Source: a virus
Lineage: Duplodnaviria > Caudoviricetes
Virus record (IMG/VR): IMGVR_UViG_3300012942_000010
Span: 1-47,537 of that record
Direction: 5' to 3' (one strand)
Length of the DNA: 47,537 bases
This document shows, piece by piece, positions 35,284-43,422 of the stretch; position 1 is the first letter of the stretch, and each line of letters starts with the position of its first letter. The notes under the pieces were generated by a model. It was not told where the DNA came from. It saw nothing but the letters and a program-made list of their open reading frames with translations, and made no database searches. The position numbers were made by a program, and so were the translations under genes.

Positions 35284-35523
35284 GGGTCTGTAGCTCAATG
35301 GCAAAGCACGGATATGGAAGGCTGTTAGCACGCCTATGAGCCACACTTCGGAAACTGAGTGTGGACGGCACACGGTGAAGCGACTGAGGGCTAACCCCCC
35401 GGACGAGCGATAATCCGCTAGCGCAACGGTTGGGAGCTTCATAGTGAACGCTCTAGCACTCTCGGACATAGAGAGACCTGATCCTTCCTAAGTCTAATCC
35501 CGGTTCGATTCCGGGCGGACCCA
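35284..35523 (+). ncRNA. tRNA-like RNA with a ~160-nt structured insert replacing the anticodon loop
   Basis: GGGTCTG/CGGACCC-A, TAGCTCAATGGCAAAGC, CCCGG-TTCGATT-CCGGG; GGAAGG/CCTTCC closes the insert. Confidence 0.78.
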
Positions 35524-35551
35524 CTGCAAAACAACAAACGGAGGTAAGAAC

Positions 35552-35683
35552 ATGAGTCGAGAAGTACTGCCGATGTACGCGGGTATCTGCAAAGTTACCT
35601 ACTCCGGTACCGACGAAAGGCACGGGTATTACCTCAATATCAACGGTTGCCCTGATTGCAACAACCGAAAGGTAAAGCAATGA
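35552..35683 (+). CDS. First early small protein (43 aa)
   Basis: GGAGGT RBS; CPDC motif. Confidence 0.6.
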   Translation: MSREVLPMYAGICKVTYSGTDERHGYYLNINGCPDCNNRKVKQ

Positions 35684-35871
35684 TGGATACAGGTGGAGAT
35701 GTATTGGTTCTCCCACTCCAGGAGGCATTGTACAAGGCTAACGAATTGCGTTCCCGTGGTGTCAATGCGGATGCCGTTGCTTATCCAGTCCCCTACTCAG
35801 TAGGCATAGATCCTCCGGATTCAAAGTACGCTATAAGTACTCCGTTGGGATTCTGGCGAGTAGGTGACTAG
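35680..35871 (+). CDS. Early hypothetical protein
   Basis: GAAAGGT RBS; ATGA overlap. Confidence 0.65.
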   Translation: MMDTGGDVLVLPLQEALYKANELRSRGVNADAVAYPVPYSVGIDPPDSKYAISTPLGFWRVGD

Positions 35872-35936
35872 TTAGAGCGGAGCCGGTCCCGTACCGGCTC
35901 CGTTCGAATTATTCAGAACAACTGAAAGGTAAGGAA

Positions 35937-36128
35937 ATGATCTCTGAATACGAAGCGCGTATAGCTCGGTGGGCTGGTCGGTTCGACTTGGACCGGCTCA
36001 CCCCTGAGCAAGCCGAAGGCTTTGCGTGTGTGTCGTGTGGGGGCACCGCAGGGCCATTCGTTGTAGTCGGCAGTGGGAAGCAAAGCTCTCACGTGTTCGC
36101 CTGTGTCGCCTGCGATAAATCCCAGTAG
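35937..36128 (+). CDS. Early small zinc-finger protein
   Basis: CVSC...CVAC; GAAAGGT RBS. Confidence 0.7.
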   Translation: MISEYEARIARWAGRFDLDRLTPEQAEGFACVSCGGTAGPFVVVGSGKQSSHVFACVACDKSQ

Positions 36129-36203
36129 TCCAGATGGTCACCAGTCGGGTTTTAATCCGCCTGGGGGCTGTCTAGACCGCTGGAATCACTATCAGGAGTA
36201 ACA

Positions 36204-36392
36204 ATGGAATTCAAAGTAGGGGACCGGGTTCGGGTACGGCCTATCGACCACTGGTCCGCCGGAGAGACTGGGACTGTTATCCGGAGGATCCTTGGAAACT
36301 TTTATGGATACACCGTTGACGTTCGATTGGACGACGACAGCGAGCCTAACCCCGTTAGCTATAGAGAACATGAATTGAGGATTTTGTCATGA
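36204..36392 (+). CDS. KOW/SH3-like small protein
   Basis: FKVGDRVRV; AGGAG RBS. Confidence 0.72.
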   Translation: MEFKVGDRVRVRPIDHWSAGETGTVIRRILGNFYGYTVDVRLDDDSEPNPVSYREHELRILS

Positions 36393-36601
36393 GTATCCGT
36401 GATTATCGAAACACCCGGGATATCGAGTACAGGGCTGCGCTCGGGTTGTCGCACGGCGAAGCCCTGCCTTCGTCTCTGGGCACCATTTCGCACGGTGGCA
36501 CTGCAAGCTCGCGTAAGCGTGCAGCCCGTAGCTCTTTTTATCGTCGTCAACTTGACAGTGTAGGAGAACGGGGAATCAATGCTTGCGAAGCTGATCGGTA
36601 A
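36389..36601 (+). CDS. Hypothetical protein
   Basis: ATGA overlap; GAGG RBS. Confidence 0.55.
   Translation: MSIRDYRNTRDIEYRAALGLSHGEALPSSLGTISHGGTASSRKRAARSSFYRRQLDSVGERGINACEADR
36551..36563 (+). promoter_or_regulatory. Stoperator CTTGACAGTGTAG
   Basis: Exact 13-mer. Confidence 0.85.
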
Positions 36602-36758
36602 GTCCTGCCCGCAAGGGACTGGGGGCCGTGACTGCGCGTGTTGTGGTCAGGCTCCGGGTAAGCCCCGGAAGGTCACCAAGCGCGCCGCCAAGCGGGGTGA
36701 GCGCCAGGAGTGGCGTAATAGCCTCCAGATGGAGCGGAGCGGCCATGAAACACGCTGA
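36579..36758 (+). CDS. Basic Cys-rich small protein (59 aa)
   Basis: MLAKLIGKSCPQGTGGRDCACC...KRAAKRGERQEWR. Confidence 0.6.
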   Translation: MLAKLIGKSCPQGTGGRDCACCGQAPGKPRKVTKRAAKRGERQEWRNSLQMERSGHETR

Positions 36759-36906
36759 CTACCCTCACACCCCCGGAACGCTCTATGACTGTCCTGCGTG
36801 CGAGTCCGAGTGTTTCTGTGCGGACATGAACACCGTTCACACTACCCGGGGTGAACTGGACGACGCGGCCTGTATCTACTGTTGGGAGACTGAAGTACTT
36901 GGCTAG
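36745..36906 (+). CDS. Cys-rich small protein
   Basis: HADYPHTPGTLYDCPACESECFC...CIYC. Confidence 0.65.
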   Translation: MKHADYPHTPGTLYDCPACESECFCADMNTVHTTRGELDDAACIYCWETEVLG

Positions 36907-37208
36907 AGGCTAAAGTCCCGAACCGTTGCCCCTGGTTATAGGGGCCTACCCGTAAGTAGTACTTACCATTGGTAACGGTTTGGGATCGAGCCCTAACGTT
37001 CGCTGAGAGCTTGCAGATACGTTGATCATCAGGCGAACGTGGCGCTGACCACGGCAGGATGAGGGACGAAGGGCAGAGACGATGATCACTAGCACGGATG
37101 TAGCTGGTACCGAGCGACACGTACGGCCGGGCCGATAAGGGGCCGGTCCGGCGAGCTTTACGCGGTGTTTGCGATTAGATAGGAACCGCTTCAGGTTTTA
37201 TCTACGAG

Positions 37209-37221
37209 CTTGACAATGTCG
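37209..37221 (+). promoter_or_regulatory. Variant operator CTTGACAATGTCG upstream of the repressor
   Basis: 11/13 match; position suggests autoregulation. Confidence 0.65.
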
Positions 37222-37267
37222 CTATGACACCGGAATATCTGTTGTGACAAAGGGAGGCACAACAGAA

Positions 37268-37756
37268 ATGAAGAAACGACAAAACGAAGTCGGTCTTACC
37301 CCGGACACTATTCGCAATAGATACGCGAAAGGGATGGGACCTACGGATATAGCACGTGAGTTCGGATGCTCCCGTCAGGCCGTGTCTGACATGGCTAAAA
37401 AGTACGGAATTGAATTCGACAAGGTGCGGAATATTGTTCACGACAATTTTCCGTGGGACGTGCCTAAGAAATTCCGGACACTCGCACCGTATCGAAATTT
37501 GTACGCATACGGCCGGTACGTGGCGAGTGACTGGAACAGCTTGACCGACGCGGAGCGCGAGCGGGTTTTGGCTTTCCATAACCGCATGCTCCCGGGTGAC
37601 GTAGTACTGGAGTTCGACCCGAATACAGGTTTCGAATACGTGCCACGTAGCAAGTCGGATGGGAACCTGGTGTTTCGTGTAAACGAGTACACCAAGAAAC
37701 CATCCGAGGTTGGTAAGCGTATATGGCGTCGTCCCACGGAGTTACCGACGGGATGA
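37268..37756 (+). CDS. Immunity repressor (L5 gp71-like)
   Basis: HTH DIAREFGCSRQAVS; NFPWDVP; VLEFDPN; DGNLVFRVNE; GKRIWR. Confidence 0.9.
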   Translation: MKKRQNEVGLTPDTIRNRYAKGMGPTDIAREFGCSRQAVSDMAKKYGIEFDKVRNIVHDNFPWDVPKKFRTLAPYRNLYAYGRYVASDWNSLTDAERERVLAFHNRMLPGDVVLEFDPNTGFEYVPRSKSDGNLVFRVNEYTKKPSEVGKRIWRRPTELPTG

Positions 37757-37759
37757 GAA

Positions 37760-38017
37760 TTGACAGTCATAGTTGAGCGGGTCGCAACGGAGCGACCCGT
37801 TATCTCACTGGATTGCCTTTTGTACACTCACAGTGTGGGTGAGTATTACTTCGTGTATAAATCGGTTTGGCTGCCACCCGACGACGAGTATTTAGTCGAG
37901 ATCGGTGAGTTCGTTCGGAGCGTCGGGGCTGAGCTGATTATTGAGTCTGAACAGGTCGATTACCAAATGATGCATCGGAGATCCGTGATGAGTGTGTACA
38001 GGGTTGACCATGGTTGA
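37760..38017 (+). CDS. Hypothetical protein
   Basis: Fills the gap between repressor and nuclease. Confidence 0.55.
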   Translation: MTVIVERVATERPVISLDCLLYTHSVGEYYFVYKSVWLPPDDEYLVEIGEFVRSVGAELIIESEQVDYQMMHRRSVMSVYRVDHG

Positions 38018-38798
38018 TTACCGGTCAGTGTCACAGTACAAAACGTACACGGCCTGTCCGTACCAGTATTACCTACAGCGTATCGAGCGGGCCCCCCAGA
38101 GGCCCGCAGCATGGCTTGCACAGGGGACAGCGGACCACGCAGCGTTCGAGGCTTACGAACGCTCTGGTCGAACCATGACACTGGAAGATATGCAGGCTGT
38201 GTACTCGGAGTCGTACGACGAAGAGATAAACAAGATCTGTGAGAACACGCCGGACTTCGACACCTGGTTTGCCAGCGGCCCCTACGGGGGCCGAGCGGAC
38301 ACAGAGCGCAGGTACCAGCTTGGTATGGACCAGTGCAAGCGGTACATTGACTGGTACGAGAAGCACCCACAGGAGGTTATCTGGATTGCTCCGGACGGCA
38401 CACCTGGTATTGAGCTTGGTTTTGATATCGACCTAGACGGAGTTCAAGTCAAGGGCTATATCGACGCGGTTGTCGTTAATGCAGACTACGGTATAGAAGC
38501 ACCGATTGTTCGGGACAACAAAACCGGTAACCTTCCCGGAGATGATTTCCAGTTGGCTACCTACGCGGTAGCCCTGAACAAGACGTATTCGACAGATATA
38601 GCTCTAGGTGATTACTGGATGGGTCGTACCGGTAAGCCTACGTTTTCCTACGATCTGTCCGAGTGGACAGAGGAGCGTCTAACTGATGCATTCGGTCAGA
38701 TGGACGAGGGAGTGCGTAACGAACACTTCGACCCGGACCCGGAACCGGCCAAGTGCCGGTTCTGCTCTGTGGCTCAATCATGTAAATACTCTGCCTAG
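38010..38798 (+). CDS. RecB-like PD-(D/E)xK exonuclease (Cas4-like Cys cluster)
   Basis: RSVSQ...CP, KGYID, RDNKTG, QLATY and CRFCSVAQSC. Confidence 0.9.
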   Translation: MVDYRSVSQYKTYTACPYQYYLQRIERAPQRPAAWLAQGTADHAAFEAYERSGRTMTLEDMQAVYSESYDEEINKICENTPDFDTWFASGPYGGRADTERRYQLGMDQCKRYIDWYEKHPQEVIWIAPDGTPGIELGFDIDLDGVQVKGYIDAVVVNADYGIEAPIVRDNKTGNLPGDDFQLATYAVALNKTYSTDIALGDYWMGRTGKPTFSYDLSEWTEERLTDAFGQMDEGVRNEHFDPDPEPAKCRFCSVAQSCKYSA

Positions 38799-38800
38799 AA

Positions 38801-38813
38801 CTTGACAGTGTAG
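38801..38813 (+). promoter_or_regulatory. Stoperator CTTGACAGTGTAG
   Basis: Exact 13-mer, intergenic. Confidence 0.85.
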
Positions 38814-38814
38814 A

Positions 38815-38842
38815 CCCCAGCTAAGTGGCTGGGGATTTTTTA
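38815..38842 (+). terminator. Intrinsic terminator-like hairpin
   Basis: CCCCAGC-TAAGTG-GCTGGGG-ATTTTTT. Confidence 0.7.
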
Positions 38843-38862
38843 TGCCCTAAGGAGGCAACGCA

Positions 38863-39609
38863 GTGAGTGATATTGAGAAGTTCAACTTTGACGGCACCGA
38901 GGTTCGTACCGTCATGGAGGACGGGGAGCCGTGGTTCGTGGCTAGGGATGTGACGGACGTTCTTGGCTTCACCAACGGCTCAAAGGCCGTGCGGGACCAT
39001 GTTTTGCCAGGTCAGACCCATAAAGAACGAATCGTTATGGATGGTGGGGTGATCCCCCACCGTGAGGTTACGGTGATCAGTGAACCGGGTCTTTACCGCC
39101 TGATCATGCGCTCGAACGTCCCCGACGCTACGCGGTTCCAAGCGTGGGTTACGGATGAGGTCTTGCCGACGATCCGCAAGACGGGCGGGGCGTACATCAC
39201 CCCAGGGTCGCAAGCAGAGCTTGACCTCACGGACCCAGACACGGCCCTCGACAAGCTCATTGAGATCGCTCAGGTGGCTAAGGAGGCTCGCGCTAAGGTG
39301 CGAGCGCTGGAGGCTAAGGCCACCGAGGATGCCCCGTATACAGAGTGGGCACGCGACATGATTGACACATCCGGACTCGTGAGCTTCACCAAGGCAGCTA
39401 AAGAATTGGGGCTGAAGCCCCGTTCGGAATTCCTGCCGTTGGTTCGGCAGTGGGGATGGATTTATTCGCACTCGACTATTCCCACGGCGTACGGGCTGGA
39501 CCGTGGGTACGTCAAGACAGTTGTTTATGACGAGTTGGACAAGCCGAGTGGGAAGCTTACGGCCAAGGGATTCGATCGCGCCCTGATCAAGATCCGCAAG
39601 GGTGCCTAG
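38863..39609 (+). CDS. Bro-N / KilA-C antirepressor
   Basis: GEPWFVARDV, ISEPGLYRLIMRS, EVLPTIRKTG; C-terminal AAKELG...LTAKG. Confidence 0.9.
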   Translation: MSDIEKFNFDGTEVRTVMEDGEPWFVARDVTDVLGFTNGSKAVRDHVLPGQTHKERIVMDGGVIPHREVTVISEPGLYRLIMRSNVPDATRFQAWVTDEVLPTIRKTGGAYITPGSQAELDLTDPDTALDKLIEIAQVAKEARAKVRALEAKATEDAPYTEWARDMIDTSGLVSFTKAAKELGLKPRSEFLPLVRQWGWIYSHSTIPTAYGLDRGYVKTVVYDELDKPSGKLTAKGFDRALIKIRKGA

Positions 39610-40413
39610 GTGTACACACTCGTTCAGTCCTCGCGTATCCGAGGTCCGGCCGGTGAGCCCTTGCCCGTGGTGTACGAAGCTCTAGCCCAGAACGACACCC
39701 GGTTTATCCGTGGACAGCTTGGTCTAGTAGCGGCAGGCCCCGGCACCGGAAAGTCAATCTTTGCCCTCACGTATGCATTGAAGGCCAATGTACCGACGCT
39801 GTATATCTCGGCAGATTCCGATGCGTTCACACAGGTTTCTAGGTCCGTAAGCATCATGTCCGGGTGTCACTACTCGGAGGCTAAGCGACTCACGCGAGAG
39901 GACAACCCAGCGGCATTTACGCCGCTCTCGGGTCTGCCTATTCGGTTCGCTTACGACTCCTCTCCGACGCTGGACCGTATCGAAACCTTGGTGAACAGCT
40001 ACGACGAAGTGTACGGCGATTACCCGGCAATGATCGTCGTGGACAACATCACGGATGTCATTACCGGTGGAGCTGATAACGCTGAAAACCCGTTCGCGGG
40101 GCTCGAAAGCCTTATGGGCTACCTACACGACATGGCTCGTGGCACCGGTGCTTTTGTGCTCGGTCTGCACCATGTTCTAGGTCAGTACAACGACGGTGAC
40201 AAGCCGATTCCGCTCTCGGGCATCAAAGGTCAAATCGGCCGGGTTCCGGAGCTTGTACTCACCATGCACCGGATTGTGTCGGATTACGGTCCGACCCTGG
40301 TTCGGGTTTCCACAGTCAAGCAGCGCGCGGGCCGTGCGGACCCCAGCGGCCAGAGCTTCGCCGAACTGGAATTCGATGGCGAACACATGCAACTCACAGA
40401 TATAGGAAAGTGA
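39610..40413 (+). CDS. DnaB/RecA-like helicase
   Basis: Walker A GPGTGKS; IVVDN; VKQR. Confidence 0.88.
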   Translation: MYTLVQSSRIRGPAGEPLPVVYEALAQNDTRFIRGQLGLVAAGPGTGKSIFALTYALKANVPTLYISADSDAFTQVSRSVSIMSGCHYSEAKRLTREDNPAAFTPLSGLPIRFAYDSSPTLDRIETLVNSYDEVYGDYPAMIVVDNITDVITGGADNAENPFAGLESLMGYLHDMARGTGAFVLGLHHVLGQYNDGDKPIPLSGIKGQIGRVPELVLTMHRIVSDYGPTLVRVSTVKQRAGRADPSGQSFAELEFDGEHMQLTDIGK

Positions 40414-40414
40414 A

Positions 40415-40597
40415 ATGTCCGAGGACTACACCGACTTTTTCAAGCCTTCTATTCCGTGCTTCGCATACCGGATGCGATACAAGAACATGTTCACCGGCCC
40501 ACGCGAGAACCGGGGTTTGCACGGATTCAAAATTCACTGTGTTCACGAGTTCGCGCACGACGGTAAGCACACCGACCCTACGGGGCGGGAGTGGTAG
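40415..40597 (+). CDS. Hypothetical protein
   Basis: C...H.G.H motif; AGGA RBS. Confidence 0.6.
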   Translation: MSEDYTDFFKPSIPCFAYRMRYKNMFTGPRENRGLHGFKIHCVHEFAHDGKHTDPTGREW

Positions 40598-41013
40598 CAC
40601 GCTGTATCGACTGCAAGAAAGAGGGTGTCCAGACCAGCCGGAAAGCCTCCGGTAAGCCTCTGCTGTGCGCTACGCACAGACGAGCACGGAGGTTCAACCG
40701 ACGCACATACACCCATGAAAAACACATCGGAGACACCTATGGGATCACCGCCGAAGAATACCAAGCCATATACGAATACCAAGGGCGCAAATGCGCTATT
40801 TGTCAAAGAGCTACTGGGCAACGAAAGCGGCTATCGGTGGATCACTGTCATTCTACTGGCCGCGTCCGTGGTGAACTCTGTACGACTTGCAACAAATACA
40901 TTCTTGGTCACGCTCGGGATTCGGTCGAATTCTTCGAGCGAGCCATCAAGTATCTGAACAACCCACCAGCATTCGCCGTTATCGGCGAGAGAGTAGTTCC
41001 TAATCATGAGTGA
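40591..41013 (+). CDS. Endonuclease VII-type resolvase
   Basis: YGIT, QGRKCAIC, LSVDHCHSTGRVRGELCTTCN. Confidence 0.92.
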   Translation: MVARCIDCKKEGVQTSRKASGKPLLCATHRRARRFNRRTYTHEKHIGDTYGITAEEYQAIYEYQGRKCAICQRATGQRKRLSVDHCHSTGRVRGELCTTCNKYILGHARDSVEFFERAIKYLNNPPAFAVIGERVVPNHE

Positions 41014-41224
41014 CGTACTTCGTTTTATTGGACTCCACGACGAAGAAACCGGACGTATCACGAGTGTCGAAGTCACCAACATTGTTGCTATTCGAGAAAA
41101 GATTAACGGTGGTTTGACAATTTATCTAAACGGCGGTCACAGTGTTGAGGTGACCGACGGTTATACCGACGTTCACGCAGCCATCGGTAAGTCAATGAGG
41201 GGTGAGACTAGTAATGGACTATAG
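41006..41224 (+). CDS. Hypothetical protein
   Basis: Overlapping operon packing. Confidence 0.65.
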   Translation: MSDVLRFIGLHDEETGRITSVEVTNIVAIREKINGGLTIYLNGGHSVEVTDGYTDVHAAIGKSMRGETSNGL

Positions 41225-41447
41225 CAAGTACGTAAACCACTTCGATTACAAAGCAGACCGACAAGCTTGGGGCCGCGAGGAAGGTCGAATTACTGCACTC
41301 TTTGAGGATGACCTAGCTGAGGCATTCGGGGTGACAGTACACCCCAAGCGACTCAAACTGTTCGCTAAAGCTTGGGATATGGGTCATTCGAGTGGTCTAC
41401 ATGAGGTAGAGCATTATTACTCCGAGCTTGTGGAGCTGATTGTGTAG
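41214..41447 (+). CDS. Hypothetical protein
   Basis: KLFAKAWDMGHSSGLHEV...YSELVELI. Confidence 0.7.
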   Translation: MDYSKYVNHFDYKADRQAWGREEGRITALFEDDLAEAFGVTVHPKRLKLFAKAWDMGHSSGLHEVEHYYSELVELIV

Positions 41448-41449
41448 CT

Positions 41450-41845
41450 ATGGCTATCGCTGAGGTAATCCAGCATTACAGACCTAAATGGATTCCACCA
41501 CCTAACCAAGGGCACCGTTGGGAACGGTGCCTTTGTCCTTTTCATGACGAAGACAATCCGTCTGCCGCTGTCTCATATGAATACGACGCATTTAATTGTA
41601 TGGGGTGCGGGTTGAAGGGTGATGCGATAAAGATAATTCGATATATGGAGGGCTGTAGCTATCGAGAGGCTAAGCAAACAGCAGCGAGACTTTCTCCGGG
41701 AAGCTACAACGACGTACCACGCGAGTCTGGCCGACAGTCCGGCCGCAGAGTATTTGGACAACCGGGGACTGCAAGCGGAGTCAGTGATACAGGAAATCAA
41801 TCGGTTCCGGTTGGGATACGTAGCCGAACCCCTGGTTGGGCATGA
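41450..41845 (+). CDS. Primase CHC2 zinc-finger domain
   Basis: CPFHDEDNPS...FNCMGCG..GDAI. Confidence 0.88.
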   Translation: MAIAEVIQHYRPKWIPPPNQGHRWERCLCPFHDEDNPSAAVSYEYDAFNCMGCGLKGDAIKIIRYMEGCSYREAKQTAARLSPGSYNDVPRESGRQSGRRVFGQPGTASGVSDTGNQSVPVGIRSRTPGWA

Positions 41846-42326
41846 GCAGTACCGGGGGATGCTCGCTATTCCGTATCTTCGCAGGTCAGCCCAGGGCGGT
41901 TGGGATGTAGTAAGCCTTCGGTTCCGGTGTATCGAGCCACATGATTGCAAGGCTGCGAAGCACGGCAAGTACCGCACGGTGCCGGGTGACCGGCCGAGGA
42001 TGTACAACACCCTCGCGTTGCTTCAGGACACGGCAACGGTTGCCATCACAGAAGGCGAGCTAGACGCCATCACGGCAAGTATCTCGGGTATCCCAGCCGT
42101 AGGAATTCCTGGGGCTACGTCATGGCAATCCTATTTTCGTGAACCGTTTCTTGGGTATCAGACGGTTTACATCCTCGCGGATGGGGATGACCCAGGAATG
42201 AAGTTCGCCGAGACAGTGGCTAAGACACTGCCAAACTCGAAGATTATTCCGATGCCGGATAAAACCGATGTCAATTCACTGGTGGTCCAGCATGGACCTA
42301 AAGCGCTATTGGAGCGTATTAAATGA
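41661..42326 (+). CDS. Primase TOPRIM domain; ATC start or +1 frameshift
   Basis: ITEGELDA and ADGDDPG; protein-like sequence extends 31 codons upstream of the first TTG (41754). Confidence 0.85.
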   Translation: MERLSKQQRDFLREATTTYHASLADSPAAEYLDNRGLQAESVIQEINRFRLGYVAEPLVGHEQYRGMLAIPYLRRSAQGGWDVVSLRFRCIEPHDCKAAKHGKYRTVPGDRPRMYNTLALLQDTATVAITEGELDAITASISGIPAVGIPGATSWQSYFREPFLGYQTVYILADGDDPGMKFAETVAKTLPNSKIIPMPDKTDVNSLVVQHGPKALLERIK

Positions 42327-42493
42327 ACAAGAATAAACGGTACAAAGACCGTGTGGGCGATATCTGGGAGTACCGGCATGGCGCTTGGGGGTACCGGTTT
42401 TCGGATACAGAGACATGGCATGTGTACGCTAGCCCAACCAATATTGAGTACATGGAAATTGATTTCGGTCCGTTCGTGGAGATTGACGAATGA
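42323..42493 (+). CDS. Small protein with D..GD.W...FGPFVEI module (56 aa)
   Basis: ATGA overlap; read from the sequence. Confidence 0.65.
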   Translation: MNKNKRYKDRVGDIWEYRHGAWGYRFSDTETWHVYASPTNIEYMEIDFGPFVEIDE

Positions 42494-42636
42494 ACATCTC
42501 AATGCACGGTCAGCGTATAGCAGAGCTGGAGCAGCTTAACCGTGACCTGATGATCGAACGGGACAAGTTGAACGAGGAAATCCAGATGCTCCGCACCGAG
42601 CTTTCACACGTACAGCTTTTTGGAGGTAACGAGTAA
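42490..42636 (+). CDS. Small coiled-coil protein
   Basis: ATGA overlap; GGAG RBS. Confidence 0.55.
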   Translation: MNISMHGQRIAELEQLNRDLMIERDKLNEEIQMLRTELSHVQLFGGNE

Positions 42637-42938
42637 TGATCCATGTGTACACACAGCCGGATTGCATCCCGTGTAAGCAGGCTATCCAGATGCTCGAAGA
42701 GTCTGGCGTTGACTATCGAATCTACGACATTAGTAAGTCGAATACAGCCAGGCGTTTCGTTATCGAAAAACTCGGGGCCAGTTCTACCCCGGTTATTTAC
42801 CGGCCAGTGAGTGAGCGTGGCGGAGACATCGTTATCGGGTTTCTCGCTCCGGCACAGGCCAAGCTCCGTGAGATTATCAAGGCTGAGTCTCCGAACAAAG
42901 GCACCGTAGACGGTGTGGAAGGGTTTTGGTTGGACTAA
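42636..42938 (+). CDS. nrdH: NrdH-like glutaredoxin
   Basis: VYTQPDCIPC and STPVI. Confidence 0.88.
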   Translation: MIHVYTQPDCIPCKQAIQMLEESGVDYRIYDISKSNTARRFVIEKLGASSTPVIYRPVSERGGDIVIGFLAPAQAKLREIIKAESPNKGTVDGVEGFWLD

Positions 42939-43072
42939 TGACCAAGGAACTACTTGCACAGTTCATTCATGGGGAGCTGATCAAAGAGGCATCGTACTGG
43001 TCGGGTACCTGGTATGAGGGTGACTTCGATATTGAGAAGTTGGCTGAGAAGATTATGAAAGTGATGGACTGA
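42938..43072 (+). CDS. Hypothetical protein (44 aa)
   Basis: Stop/start overlaps on both sides. Confidence 0.5.
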   Translation: MTKELLAQFIHGELIKEASYWSGTWYEGDFDIEKLAEKIMKVMD

Positions 43073-43344
43073 TGAAACCTGGACCCAAAACTCTTTACCG
43101 GCTGAGTATCGAGTGGCTTAGCTCGCTTCACAAGTTTCTTGCCGAGAACGGATGGACCGAAGACAATGACGGAGTCTGGGTTGTAGCGGCGTCGAACTAC
43201 GACAACGCGATTATTGCCGCAGTCCCGTATGCGTCTGAGATAGACGCTCTGCGTAAGTTGAACACACGGGATGAATGGTGGTCGGGGGATGCGCGAGTGG
43301 TTTTTGTCCCGTTCGGTTCGTATCTTATCGAAGTAATCCGATGA
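43072..43344 (+). CDS. Hypothetical protein
   Basis: Operon packing. Confidence 0.65.
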   Translation: MKPGPKTLYRLSIEWLSSLHKFLAENGWTEDNDGVWVVAASNYDNAIIAAVPYASEIDALRKLNTRDEWWSGDARVVFVPFGSYLIEVIR

Positions 43345-43422
43345 CGGACCCGGATGGTTTCGACTACGAGGAAGACTTGTTCAGCCGACAGTACGCCGAA
43401 GGGTATGAGGAGATGCAAGAAT

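Noticed and set aside
35316-35496. Group I intron in a tRNA anticodon loop
   Set aside because: GACT/AGTC could mimic P7, but AGTC lies directly before the T arm, leaving no P9, terminal G or 3' anticodon exon. Not excluded without a covariance search.
35284-35523. Canonical tmRNA
   Set aside because: No G3:U70, a D stem is present, it is too short, and the tag-like frame I could read (AHGEATEG) lacks a hydrophobic Ala-Ala end.
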